64,000 nucleotides of DNA. Source: a virus. Lineage: Duplodnaviria; Caudoviricetes. The notes below the pieces were generated by a model. It was not told the DNA's origin. It was given only the letters and a program-made list of their open reading frames with translations, and ran no database searches. Of the stretch, positions 31,887 to 44,819 are shown piece after piece; the first letter of the stretch is position 1; each line of letters starts with the position of its first letter. The DNA lies in IMG/VR virus record IMGVR_UViG_3300027566_000003, one strand, 5' to 3'. The translations under genes and the position numbers were made by a program.

Positions 31887-34800
31887 ATAATTATTTTATA
31901 TTCATTATGCCTAGAACTTAAACAATCCTTCCATGAACATTTCTTTATATGGCGTATCAATACAATGTCTTCCGGCTTCAAAATGTTTTAAGTATTCCAG
32001 TATACCTCTTGCATCCTGTCTATTTAAATCAACGAATTTAACAATATTCATTTTTCCTTCAATACACACTACCGCCCAACTATGTCCTTGATCTGGTTTA
32101 CATACATCTGTTCCAATATGCACAACATTTTCCACAGTATTATGTAAAACATTTACTGAATTTTGAAAATGTGAAATATATTTTGCATTTTCATTTATTA
32201 GTTTTCTTAGATATGTAGTTTTGTCATGTATATCACTTTCAATATCTGAAAATCGTATGCTATTAAATGTTTCGTGGTCTTTAAAATTTGATTCAATGTC
32301 TCCTACTCCCAGAAAATCTCTTAATTTAAATCGCAACCAGTTCTTAAATTTATTCATATTTTCCTCCTTATTTATTATATTACTTCCTCATAAACCCCAA
32401 TCCTTCAATTGCGTCTCTGTATTCTTTTAATCTATTTTCCATATTTTGACCTTCTTTTAATGCTAAAAGTACCACATCACGAATATCATCTGCTATATCT
32501 TGTACTTCATAAAGAAGATCTTCTATTTCATCATATGAATTGTTCTTAATTTTTAAAATTTCAAGTGCTTTATCTTCTATATATTGATGATAAGTACAAA
32601 TTTGTTCATTTTCTTTTGGTTTTCGCATAATTTATCCTTCCCTTTAAAAGTTTACTTTATTTTATTAATTTAATTCCCCATCTACATAAAAAATTCACAT
32701 GGGTTTCTTTGTCTTTTATTAAGAAATCAAAATATATATTTCTTTTTGCAAACCAATCATCAATATCAAGTAATAAAAATCCTAACCAATTACGCATCTT
32801 TGAAAAAATCTCCTTTAAAATTTGGATTTCATGGGATATTAGTATTTGAAAACAAGAGCATTTGGAAGCATAGTGGAGTATATGGAAGATGATTATTTTG
32901 TCTTTATATATTTTTCTAACATTTTATATAGTTCAGGTTCATTACAAAAATCATCAATAGGATATGCTGAACTTCTCTTACCTCTTAAATTATTGGGGTC
33001 AGGAAATCCTATAATATCTAACTCAGATATCAAACCAACATAGATATCATTTCCACTGTTTACTTTTCCAATGTGTTCTAAAAACTTGTCTTCCGCATCT
33101 TTCTGACTCTTTGCTTCAATTCTAACTACGTGTAATTGAACATAAGGTTCATCATAAATTCCTATATATTGAGCGTACATCCCATCATACTCCTCTATCA
33201 TTGGATTACCCATATTTTATTTTGAGTCTCCACTTTAACACTACCATTCTCTAAATGCTCTACATTAATAACTTTTTCGTGGTTAAAAAATGAACCTTTT
33301 TCATAAACTACCAATAATGGATTGTTAACAATTATTACGGTTTTACTCATATCCAACTCTTTATGTAGATAATGAGAGCAGACATCAATATTAGTATTTT
33401 TGTTTTTAATTGATGTAATTTTCATACATCCTCCTTGAAATTATTTTTTATTTCTTTTAATATTCACACTCTGGACAAAATGCTCCTGCATTTTCAATCT
33501 CATATTCGATTTTATTATCTTTTAATGCTTTAAGATAACCTATAATTTGATATTCAATTTTATCATGATAGTAATCACCAGAAAGTAATTCAATAAAGAA
33601 TAATTCATCTTTCTCATTTTCAATTTTTAACAGTCTTTTACGCCCACAATCACAATTTGTAGATTCTTTTATTAATCTCATTTTTATAATCCTCCCTCTT
33701 TTATTTATTTTTACTATCAAAATAATTGCTCAAAGATTCACCATACCACTCCCAATTATCCACTCCACCATTTTCCAATGCAGTTAGTATTTCATCTCTA
33801 TGTATAAGTTCATCATATTCCTCTTTGGAAATTGCATTTTTAGTATTTTTAATTTTAATGCTATTTCCTGTAATCGCATTAATTAACTCAGACATAGAAT
33901 TATTGATTTCAGATTTTACTTGATTTTGAATATCTGAATATAAGTTACTATACAGTCTATCAATAGTTTCAGATTTAATTTCATCCATAATTTCTTCTTC
34001 AGCAAGATCAAGTGATTTTGTCACATCTTTACTAAATGTGTCTTCATACTTCTTTTTATATTCATCTTTAATTTCTGAAATTAATTTTTGATATACCTTT
34101 TCTTTAATTTCCTTTTTAATTTCATCTCTGATTTCATATTCATCTTTATATGTAAGAGATATCTTATTTTTCATTTCGTTTTTAACCTGATTAATTGCAC
34201 TAGTGGTAATGTCATCAAAAGTTGCTTCTGACATTTCTTTAATTACCCCCCAACTTAATACCCTCAAAAACTTCTTCGAAATCAAATTCAAATTTAAGTG
34301 CCGTACTCATTATATTAACTCCTCATTATTTAATAATTTTACACTATTTTTATATTTTATTAATTTTATAGATGCATTATTGTCATCTAAATACGTTTCA
34401 TAAGACTCTTCGCACCACATTCCTTCACAAGATGAATATCCAGAAGGTGTGACACAGGATTTATGCTCTCCATAATCTGTTCGATAACAATAGTCACAAA
34501 TTGTTTCATCGTCGCACATTTCTTCAAATGATTTTAGTACCATACTTTTCTCCTTTAAAATTCTTTTTTATAGTAACTTTATTTCGTCACTAGACCAATA
34601 ATCTCCCAACTCTAAACACCTATAAATTTGTTTTTCTCCGCACCAATGAGTTTTTTCGACGGTAACATAGCATCCAATGAATTTTCGTTTCCACTTCTTA
34701 TTGTTTTCATTATTATTATCATTTAACTCTTTATAAAGATGATACATTCCAGTCATATTAGTTTCGTCTACAGAAATAATAATTGCTTCATATTGTTGAG

Positions 34801-37196
34801 AGTGATAGTGTACATGACAATCATAAATAGTACCTGTTTTTATTCCTATGTAATTGCCATTTTCATTGCGAAGACATTCTTCGTTTAACCCTGTTTTATT
34901 ATTGTTCCATACAGTTAATATTTCCATTTTATTTTCCATCCTTTAAAATCAGTTCTTTATGCTATTTAACATTTTCATTCAATTCATCTATCATTTGATT
35001 GATAAGTTTTACTTTCGAAATTGATCTGCTTTTATCATCTCCAGACAAATAATTCTTGTTCTCATATTCTAAAGTTTCCATTGCTAATAAAATAGCAAGA
35101 TTAGATTTAAATATTTTCTTAGATTGTAAATCCATTTATGCATCCTCCTTTTATAAGCAGTTAAAATGTTAAGTTCGTAGTAGTTCTTTCCCACACATAG
35201 GACAATAATTTATTTTTATTTGTACTGATTCAGTAGCATCGCATAAATAAGGCATAACCGTCATATCCCCATCATCTTCTATGTATACTTCACGTAAATT
35301 AGGATTGTTGCATTTACTGTCAAAATATAGTGATTTATTTTTCGTACAATAATCACATGATTTTTCATAATCTAATTCATCTTCAGCGAACAACAAAAGT
35401 GACTCATCATCAAATTCAACTGCATATGGATATTCCCTATCAACTATTTCTGTTACTATACCAATTTGATTTATAAAATTATTTGGATCGTAACCTGAAG
35501 TTTCTTTATCAAATTTTATAATTTTAACTTTATCCCCTATTTTATATCTCATTTATTATTTTCCTCCTTTAATTTTTATCCCTTGAAAGATTCGTTTTAT
35601 CTGATTTATCTCAATAACTTAAATCCACCCTTAATCAACCAATGCTTTACTTCTCTTACTTCTTCTATGTCTGTACCTTCAGTAATCATAACACTTTCAA
35701 TATGAACAAATTGATTAGATTCGCCCATTCCCAAATATTCATCCGAAAAGTATAAATAGAGCCAAATCTTATCATTAAAGATAATAATATATTCTCTTGT
35801 ACTATCAGGAAGAGGCATACTAAATCCTGTATCTCCTTCTTCTATCTCGACTTCATCTATGAGATAGGAAAGGAAGTCTGCCATTTCTTCTTCATCACTT
35901 CTATATGTATCCATACCATAGAATTCACTTCTAAATATCTTGTGGTATTCCGGTTCATCTCTTCTAATACCATCAAGAGAAATCATTTTGCCTTCTTTAA
36001 CTAATTCTTTATGTTTGAAGTATGCATTGATTCTTCTTACACTATCTTTTTGATCTTTGTATTTAATTACTTTCATTATTATCTCTCCCCTCATAATCCT
36101 CAACAATTTTCCAAAACTCACTTGTTTTTAATTCAATAAACCCCTCTGGAGTATCTTCAAAATTATATTCGTTTGCAAAAGAGCAATATACTTTTTCATC
36201 TATAGAAAATATTCTTGAACGATTTTTGCCTAAACAATTCATAAAACTAAAACCAACATATGGTTTATTTATAATTTTAAATTGTTTTCCCTCTAATAAT
36301 TTCCCCCATGCTTTACCAATTTTCGAATTAGATTTGAAAGCCCTTAAATCGTTTACCAATGGTTTGCATAATGATTTACAAAATGCCTCCAAATCATTTT
36401 CAGTAGGTACAATATAAAATGTATTACCTTGATTTGCATACTCTTCTGTTTCAATCCCTTGAGAATCCATAAATTCTTTTGAGATATCACATAATAGCTC
36501 TTGATTATATTTATATTCCATATATTGATTATATAAATTTGCTTGATTTGTTACTTCAAAATATCTTTCCATTATTTAATTTCCTCCACTTCAACTTCAC
36601 AATCTTCATCTTCGCTTTTAATAATTATATTTATTCCTTTATTAACATCTTTTTCATCTTCAACACTCCAAGACTTTTTACCATTGATCAACACTTCTCC
36701 ATATCCTTCAATAAAACTTTGTTCAAATCTTGCTCTACATTGTGCTAAATATTCAGCATGTTCTTCATAAGTATCAAATCCATGAAAATATCTTGCGAAA
36801 TCTTCCATCCATTCTTCAGTAATAATATTCTCATCAATCTCAATTATGTATTCATCAGTTCTGGTTATTGTTGTTTTGAATCTTTTCATTTATTAATCTC
36901 CTTTATTTTATTATATTTCGACACAACAAAAGGTAGTATTTAAAGCATCTCATTTCTTCCAACAATTTTATAATTCCCACACTCAACCTCTGATAATGGC
37001 ACTAGGTCTTCAAATCCATCTGGAAATTTAATTACATAACATAATCTAAAATCTGAACTTAAATTTGGCATTACATTATGCACTCCAATTATTGTTCCTT
37101 CATTTTCATATCCTTTATGGTGATATGCATTTATACTAATTGGTATTAAATACGTATCGTATCTAATCATTATTTTCACTATCCTCCTTAAAAACA

Positions 37197-37239
37197 AAGG
37201 TGTAATATATTTTATTTTCCACTTATTATATTACACCTT
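37197..37239 (-). terminator. Rho-independent terminator
   Basis: 13-bp inverted repeat AAGGTGTAATATA / TATATTACACCTT followed by TGTTTTT on the minus strand. Confidence 0.65.
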
Positions 37240-40200
37240 AAAATCCTAAAAATCAACTATAAATTAACTCAACAATTACTCTAACATGATGAACAAATAA
37301 TTCGTCTTTGTAATTATTTTTATTTTTCATTTTAAAATCTAATGCTTCTTTTGAATTTTTAAAATGTCTTGATCTTAAAGGATCTGTGATAAGGATTTTG
37401 CTACTACTGTGATTGATGAATCCATTACCTTTTTCATTACCTAACACATAAAATGTTTTAATATAACCATTAGGAGTAGGAATATTATTCATAATAATCA
37501 CCTCATTTCTGCATTAACATTGTAGTTGGTTCAGTGATTATTATTTTCGGGTTATGTGGTTAGTATGCATAATAACAGGCAGAAAGTCAAATTTATTTTA
37601 GATTTTAATTTCTAGACAATTTTTGATATTCTTTCTGGATACCCTCCCAATTTAATCTATTAACATCTCTTCTCGCATTATTAAAATCTTTAAAATCAAA
37701 TATTCCTAATTCCTTTGCCCTCATCCAAACTTTATCTCTAAGATAATTTGCATTTTGATTAATTGCTCTTAGCTCATGAGCATTTGCTGGTTTAGTAAAC
37801 CCTTGACTATCTAAACCCCCATGACAGACGTTCCTATTAAATTTCTCACAATTGTATTCATAGTCAACCCATAATTCATATGCACTTGAATAACATTCTG
37901 ATGGTTGATATAATTTTCCTAAATATTCACGCCTAAATAATTCTTTGTTGTTCATGTTAATTCCTTTCTAACAATCCATTTCATTCCCAAAATTTATCAT
38001 CTGAAATGTCTTTATATCTAACAAATCCAATTACTATTTCATCTTCGCCATGTACAGGATTTTCAAAATTATCAACATAATATTTATTGTTTTTACTTAT
38101 CCACGCATAACCAACATAGTCATTAAAATCTTTTGACTCATTTCCAACCCATATATAAGGTTTTAGTATCTTTAAAATAACTTCATCTTTAAATCTTTTG
38201 TCAATTATCATGCAAATATAAAAATCATTACCTTCATAAATTGCGTCCTCGTTAGTTTTGTTTATACATTCATTAAGAGGGAATTTTGTTTCCATGTGTT
38301 GTAACAATGAATTAAAATTTGATATGTTCATTAAGGGTATCTCCTCTCATATTTTAATCATAAATAAAATTGAGATACAAATTCAAGATGTTCAATAATT
38401 TCATCAAGTTCTAATATTGTACCTTTCGACATCCCTTCAACACCTTTTAATTTATTTATAAGCATTATTGCCTTTCTTATACCTTGCCCTCTGGTCATAA
38501 TCAAACTCCTTTCTTAGTACGATGAAATATTCATTTTGTAGTATTTAATCTCCATTGTAGATATTCAATTTCTTTCCTCATTTGTCCGAAAACAGAACCA
38601 ATAACCACTGCTTCATCATAATGTAATTTATTTATATTAGTGGCTGAAGATAATATTTTCCATAATTCATCTAACGTTTCTTTGTTCATTTTGCCTATCA
38701 CTCCTGCCTTTCATCACATTCATTTTCAAATGCACAACCATTACATAACCACACTTTGCACTTTTCACAAAAACACATTGAAAATCATTTGGATCGTTCA
38801 TTATTAATCTCCTTCCTAATTATCACTATCTGTAAGAAAATCTGCTTCAATTTTATTGATATATACTCTTGGATAAAAGAATTCGCATTTATCAAATTTT
38901 GCAAGAATGTTAAAGGTTATATTGTCTTTATTTTGTTTAAAAATTATTTCCTTAGCTAAAGATAAATCAAACCCTGAAATACAATTCACACATTACCCTC
39001 CTCACTTGAAACGCTTCTTTGATTCTGGTTACTCATCTGCTTGATGTAGTAATTTCTTCATGTATTTTTCCAAACTAATTTTTATATTGATCATAGTATT
39101 AATATCTCTACCATAAGCACGACCAAAAGCTTGCTTTTCTATTTTAATTTCTTTCTCTAACCATTTAACGCAACCTCTAACACCCTCAGATTTATAAAAT
39201 AATTCCCTATTCATTTCATTTTTATCTCCTTCCTCATGAAATGTATCATTGATTTGATTTTACTTTCTTATTATTTTTCCTTAAATAACAGTCTATATAA
39301 TAAGTATTTAAATTACGATCTAAATGCCCATTTTCATTACAAGGTCTATCTTTGATTGGGATAATATTGTAATCACATTCTACACAAATATCTTTTAACT
39401 CTTTAAAAACATCTTTACTCAATTTATTCTCCTCTTTTTATTTTCTCTTCAATTTCTTTGATTGCTCTTTCTTCTTGTTTAATAATTCCTTTTGCTCTCT
39501 TTAACAATTCTTTTCTCAACTCCATATTAGTCATATCATTTACATATCCAAAAGTAGTCATCATATTACCACATGTTAAGAATAATCTAGGGTCATCTGC
39601 ATGATTTGATTGTGCTACAATTACTGGACTAGAATGATTTCCAATACTGTAATCATTAATATATCTCCCACAACCCCTGAATTCATCTATTCCATTCATA
39701 CCTGCATTAATATTATCAATGAATTGTTGTTGATTCTTTTCAATAACGTGCCACGCATCGTTTAAAATTGTGATTGTTGTCATATATCCCATTATTATTT
39801 CATCCTTCCTAAAATCAATTAAAAATGCAATTTTAAGCGAACAACTTATTAAATCTATCGACCGTAGATTCAATTTGCTCTTTAATTTCTGCTTCCTTCA
39901 ATTTCTTATTCTCCTCAATATTTTTATGATATAAGTTAATCTTTGACTTAAGATCATTTAAATAATTAGTAATTAATTTTACCCAATTCCCTTCATGTTT
40001 CCAACCATAATATTCTGTCCATCCATTCTGACCACCTAAAACTCCATAAACTTCAAAACGATTACTAGAATTAATTAATTCTTTGTCAGTTAAACCATGT
40101 ATATTTTCAACTAAGAATACTCTAAAACATTTACCTCTTGCATGGTCGCTTAATGCATATATAATATTACCATTAATATAGCACTCCTTGCCTAGACCCC

Positions 40201-40950
40201 ATGCGTCATCTGTGTTTAGTCTTCTTAAATTACCTATCTTAAATCTATCTGCCTCTGAAATAATATTATAATATCCTCTTGCACCTTTCATAATTTCTCT
40301 CCTTTATAATTATTTCCCAATAAGTTGTTCTTTTCGAAGGGTTTACTTATTTGGTAAATCGTTAATAATCAAACCAATTATTTGTGATATATTTAAATCT
40401 TCAAATAATCCTTCATTCTTCATATCTTTTGCCATTTGATACATAGCACCATAAAGAAAATAAAGTTTTTGTTCTTCGGTCATCTTCTTCATTGTCCGTA
40501 CTCCATTTCTAATGCCTTCTCCCAACAACTAGTGCAAAAGAATACTGGGCAACCACTTTCTTTTTTATCAAAAAGATCAAATTCACTAGGGCAACTTCCT
40601 CCAAGTATTAAATCTGCTAAATTCTCATTGCTCATTTTTGCGAGTGTTTGGTTAAACTTTTCTCTTCCTGTCTTTTATTTGTTTCCTTTCTACTTAACAT
40701 CAAACCATAATTTTATCTGTTGATTTTTACTATCCCGTATGCAAAAGAAATACCCATATTATCATCTGTAATTAAACAATCTTTGTTTTTATCGTACTTC
40801 AATTTAGTAATATAATATCCATGTATTATTTTTCCTTCGTAACCATTTTCCATAACGTGTGGCATTGAAATTATATCACCTTCTTTTAAAATGTTTTCAT
40901 AAATATCTTTAATTTCTTTCATATATACCAGTCCTTTCTATTTTAATTAT

Positions 40951-41820
40951 TTAATTTATTAATCTACTTTTGCTTATTCCAATTGCTTTTTGATTAATAT
41001 CGCAACCTATGTATTGTCTACCTAATTCTTTAGCAACCACTAATGTAGTACCACTCCCACAAAAGAAATCTGCTACAATATCGCCTTCATTACTACTTGA
41101 TTTTATTATTCTTTCTAATAATTCTTTAGGTTTTTGAGTATCGTAATCCAACCTCTCATTCCCCATAGAATTAATCATGTTGATATCATCCCATATATTT
41201 TCAATTGGTATCCCTTTCAATTCCCAAGTATATTGTTTATACTCAGGATATTTCGCATTTTCAGAATATCTTAATCTGTTCTCTTTTTTGTATTGATTAT
41301 ATCTATCTTCTGAATATGTTGCCATAACTTGCCATCTATACTTACCACGTTCATCCTCATATTTAAATCTTTCATAATATTCTTTAGGATAATCTTTATA
41401 TTGAATATTAAAAGTATATTTTTTGCTTTTTGTGTAAAACAATATATTATCATTTGAAATTGAAAAATTCTTTGTTTTTGCTTTAACTGTATTTGTTCTT
41501 CTTTTCCAAATTATTTCCGACTTGAAGTTTTTGTTTCCGAATAATTTATCCATTTCTATTTTTATGTAATGAGACAATCTGCAATCCATTTGAAGATAAA
41601 TACTACCAGTGTCTTTTAACACTCTATACATTTCAATTAATCTTGGTTTATACCATTCTATTGCTTCTTGTGGAGTACCTAAATTATCATCATAGTCTTT
41701 AAATTTTTTACCTGTATTGTACAAAACATCACAATAAATTAAGTCTAAATAGTTGTTTGGTATTTGCTTCAGCAATTCAAGATTATCCATATTATAAATT
41801 TTATCAATTTCTATATCTAT
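40951..41820 (-). CDS. Orphan DNA methyltransferase (N6A/N4C, beta class); probable ATA start
   Basis: LIYCDVLY (DPPY-position variant), TQKPKELL, DFFCGSGTT; the N-terminal IDKIYNMDNLE motif lies above the track ATG. Confidence 0.88.
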   Translation of the reverse strand: MDIEIDKIYNMDNLELLKQIPNNYLDLIYCDVLYNTGKKFKDYDDNLGTPQEAIEWYKPRLIEMYRVLKDTGSIYLQMDCRLSHYIKIEMDKLFGNKNFKSEIIWKRRTNTVKAKTKNFSISNDNILFYTKSKKYTFNIQYKDYPKEYYERFKYEDERGKYRWQVMATYSEDRYNQYKKENRLRYSENAKYPEYKQYTWELKGIPIENIWDDINMINSMGNERLDYDTQKPKELLERIIKSSSNEGDIVADFFCGSGTTLVVAKELGRQYIGCDINQKAIGISKSRLIN

Positions 41821-42622
41821 TACATCCTTTCAAAATTATACTCCTTCAATACTTCCGTTGGTATCGGTTTTTTATCTTCAATAGCATTAAGTACACAATC
41901 TTTATGCCACTGTAGATATTCGTTTACATATTCTTCTTTTGTTAATTGGTTTAAAAACATTCTAGTATGTAATAATTTCTTTTTAGATTCACTTCTCATT
42001 TTCTTTGTTAATTTATTATATTCATTCATCCTATTTTGATTGATATTATCATATATTTCTTCTAATTGAGTTTTATATTTTTGACTAGTTAATTCCCATG
42101 CATTTTTCACAATAAATCACCTTTTAATCCGATAAAAGTTAAATTTGGTTGGATTGCTCTACAAACAAATATTCTTTAAATAATTTTTCAGCTTGTTCTC
42201 TACCATGTTCTTGTGCGAATTCTCTTACTCTACTTGTAAAATAATCCATTAAAACTTCTCTGTAAACCTTTTTTAATGATTGAATGTTTTGTTTATTAAG
42301 TGATGCTAATACATCTTCAGGAGTTACATCTTTAATGATTTCTTTAATTACTTGTTCTCCAATATCATAAATATTTAGTCTTTTAACCGCTTCATTAAGT
42401 CCTCCGTAACCTCCATTTAATTCCCAACCACTTTTCCATGAATCTCTTCTTAAACCCAATTGTTTAAATACAATATCTTGCCCTGATTTTTCTAATTGAC
42501 TTTGAATTGTTTTTCTCAAATTCTCTTCCGATAAATTACCTTGAACATATTTTTGTAATTCCTCTTTAACGATTTGTTTTACACGGTCGATTGAGATTTC
42601 TTGTTTATTGTTGCTCATTTAT

Positions 42623-43564
42623 TCATTCTCCTTTCGATTCAAACACTAAATCAATAATCTTATTTCTCATATCCTCATCAATAGGACTACCACTTGCAGA
42701 AATATGTCCACCTCCACCGAACGCACTAGCGACAATACTCAAGTCAATACCTTTCTTCACAGTTCTATAACTAACAGAATGAGATGGATTAATAATTGCA
42801 ATGAAATCTAGTTCTGGATGTAATTCAGATAATTTATTACCCAATTCTGAAGAATATCTTTCTGCGAAAACTACTCCTGCCTGATACCCTCGAATATCTT
42901 TTACGATGATTGATTCGTTTTTAGTGTCTATGTAACTATCAATTTTTTCTTGGTTCCTTCTAAGCAATACGTAATCTTCTTCTTTTAATTCAAATTCACG
43001 CATCATCGTAAATTGGTTTAAGACGTTATATACAAATGCTTCTCTTCCAATAATATACATTAAGTCATTTACTTGTTTAGGAATAATATTATTATATTTA
43101 TTTTTCCATTCCCATGTGTCATATTGCCTAACTATTTCAACAAAACTGTCAGCGTTTTCTAAGATATTATATCTTGTATGATATTCTGGAATATAAAACA
43201 ATAAGATATTTTGATAAAACATATATGTTCCACTATTTTTTCTATCAACTAAACCTTCGCTAACATCTACCCATCTATATTTATTTAGTCACAAAGCAGT
43301 TTTATGATGATCCAACAATACAAATTCGTGTTCTTGAGTAAATACATTATCAATTAATTTTGCCACTTCTTCATTTACTGAAATATCAGTAATAAATATT
43401 GTATCATAATCTTTATATTCTTCTGACTCTATGTATTGTTTGATTTTATCATTTACGTTATCATAATCACAGTATTCAATATTAATTTCTGGAAAAGCTA
43501 ATTTACCTATAATTCCACAAGAAACACCGTCTAAATCTGTATGCGTAAACAATTTTACTTTCAT
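42623..43564 (-). pseudogene. DHH/DHHA1 phosphoesterase (NrnB-like nanoRNase) with a single in-frame TGA at 43289-43291; pseudogene or readthrough
   Basis: Track ORFs 43289-43564 and 42623-43222 are the same frame: HTDLDG...FITDIS...LDHHKTAL*LNKYRW...SYRTVK...GGGGHISASG; 313 codons when joined. Confidence 0.8.
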
Positions 43565-44605
43565 TTATATAATCCTTCTTCCTTCTTTAAAAATAACATA
43601 AAAGAACTTTTTATGGTACTACTTTTCACCTAAATATTCTTTTACCCTACTCCTTAATTCTACAACTAAATTTTTCATATCTTCATGTATTTGATTTTCT
43701 GCTTTTACTGCATCTTCTGAAGTTTTATCTATGACTCCATAAACCTTCATTAAAGCTTTTTGAAGTAATTCTGTATCTTCTTCAGTTGAACCATATCCAT
43801 CAGCATACATATCACTTTCAAGTAAAGCTCCATAAAGTAAAATTTCTGTTTTTGTCATTGCTGTTTCAGTCATTATTTTATCATCCTTTCTATTCTCTAA
43901 AATACTTATCTGTTTCTTCAAATGTTAAATATAGTAGAATATCATCTCCATATACCTCTATTTCATCGTCTCCAATTTGTTCGCCCCTGTAATAATTGCC
44001 AACTTTAAATGATGAACTATGGGGTATAGGACGAATTAATTTCATATAACTTTCTTTTAAACCCTCTAACAATTCTTCTCTTGTCATGTTGTCAAAATCC
44101 ATTTATAATTACCTCCTCCAACTTATGAGGTTTCTATATAATTATTTTAATGATTTTAATGTCTTAACAACTTTATTGTGCAATTTCTTTGTCATGGTAG
44201 ACACTTGAGAATCAGTTGCCACATGAAACATACACATATTTATAGAATTTCTAATCTCCTCAAATATCTCTGCTTTATCTCCTAATGTATAACCCTGTTC
44301 ATTTGCTTGTTTTTCTAATGGATCATATAAAACTCCATAACTAAATCCTACTTTATTTTCACTCATAGTAAATACCCCTTTCTTCTACCCTTTAAAATTG
44401 GGCTATGATTGTATTGTAATTTCTAAATCTGTTAATATCTCACATATAGTTATCCTGTGATTTGTTACATTTTTATCTAGTTTACATTCTGAGCAATTCA
44501 TACCACATTGCCAATCTTTATGTTTAAATATAACTTTTAATAATTCATCCTTAATTACTTCATCCAATTAAATTTCAGTCCTTTCCAACAAAATCGATAT
44601 TCTGA

Positions 44606-44813
44606 AGGGGTTGTTGAATAATAAGGACTAACAGTTACAAAAGTGAAACACTAAGCCAAAAAGCCTTTTGTAATTTTCAGTGACCAAATCCTAGTTAGTC
44701 CTTAAACATTTCGTGTTATAAATTGAGCAAACACCCAGTTTTATTATTAATCACACCGTTTGGGATTCGGTTTTTATTGTGACTGGATCTGTTTTTCAAC
44801 CCCTCGCTCAATT
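44606..44813 (-). ncRNA. Candidate structured ncRNA with pseudoknot, downstream of ligA
   Basis: Stems 44622-32/44694-704 (11 bp), 44635-43/44665-73 (9 bp), 44721-28/44806-13 (8 bp), 44735-39/44782-86; crossing pair 44606-13/44797-804; two G-U pairs form only on the minus strand. Confidence 0.55.
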
Positions 44814-44819
44814 ATTATT

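Larger units (their letters stand above)
25025..44570 (-). other. Large array of about 60 small co-oriented hypothetical accessory ORFs
   Basis: ORF track plus many RBS-led short ORFs; junction palindromes frequent. Confidence 0.75.

Noticed and set aside
43289-43291. Genome-wide UGA-to-Trp recoding (genetic code 4)
   Set aside because: Only one in-frame UGA case was found. Other TGA codons checked (20581, 4307, 37981, 48406) are followed directly by the next gene's RBS or start, and long genes read fully with TGG for Trp.
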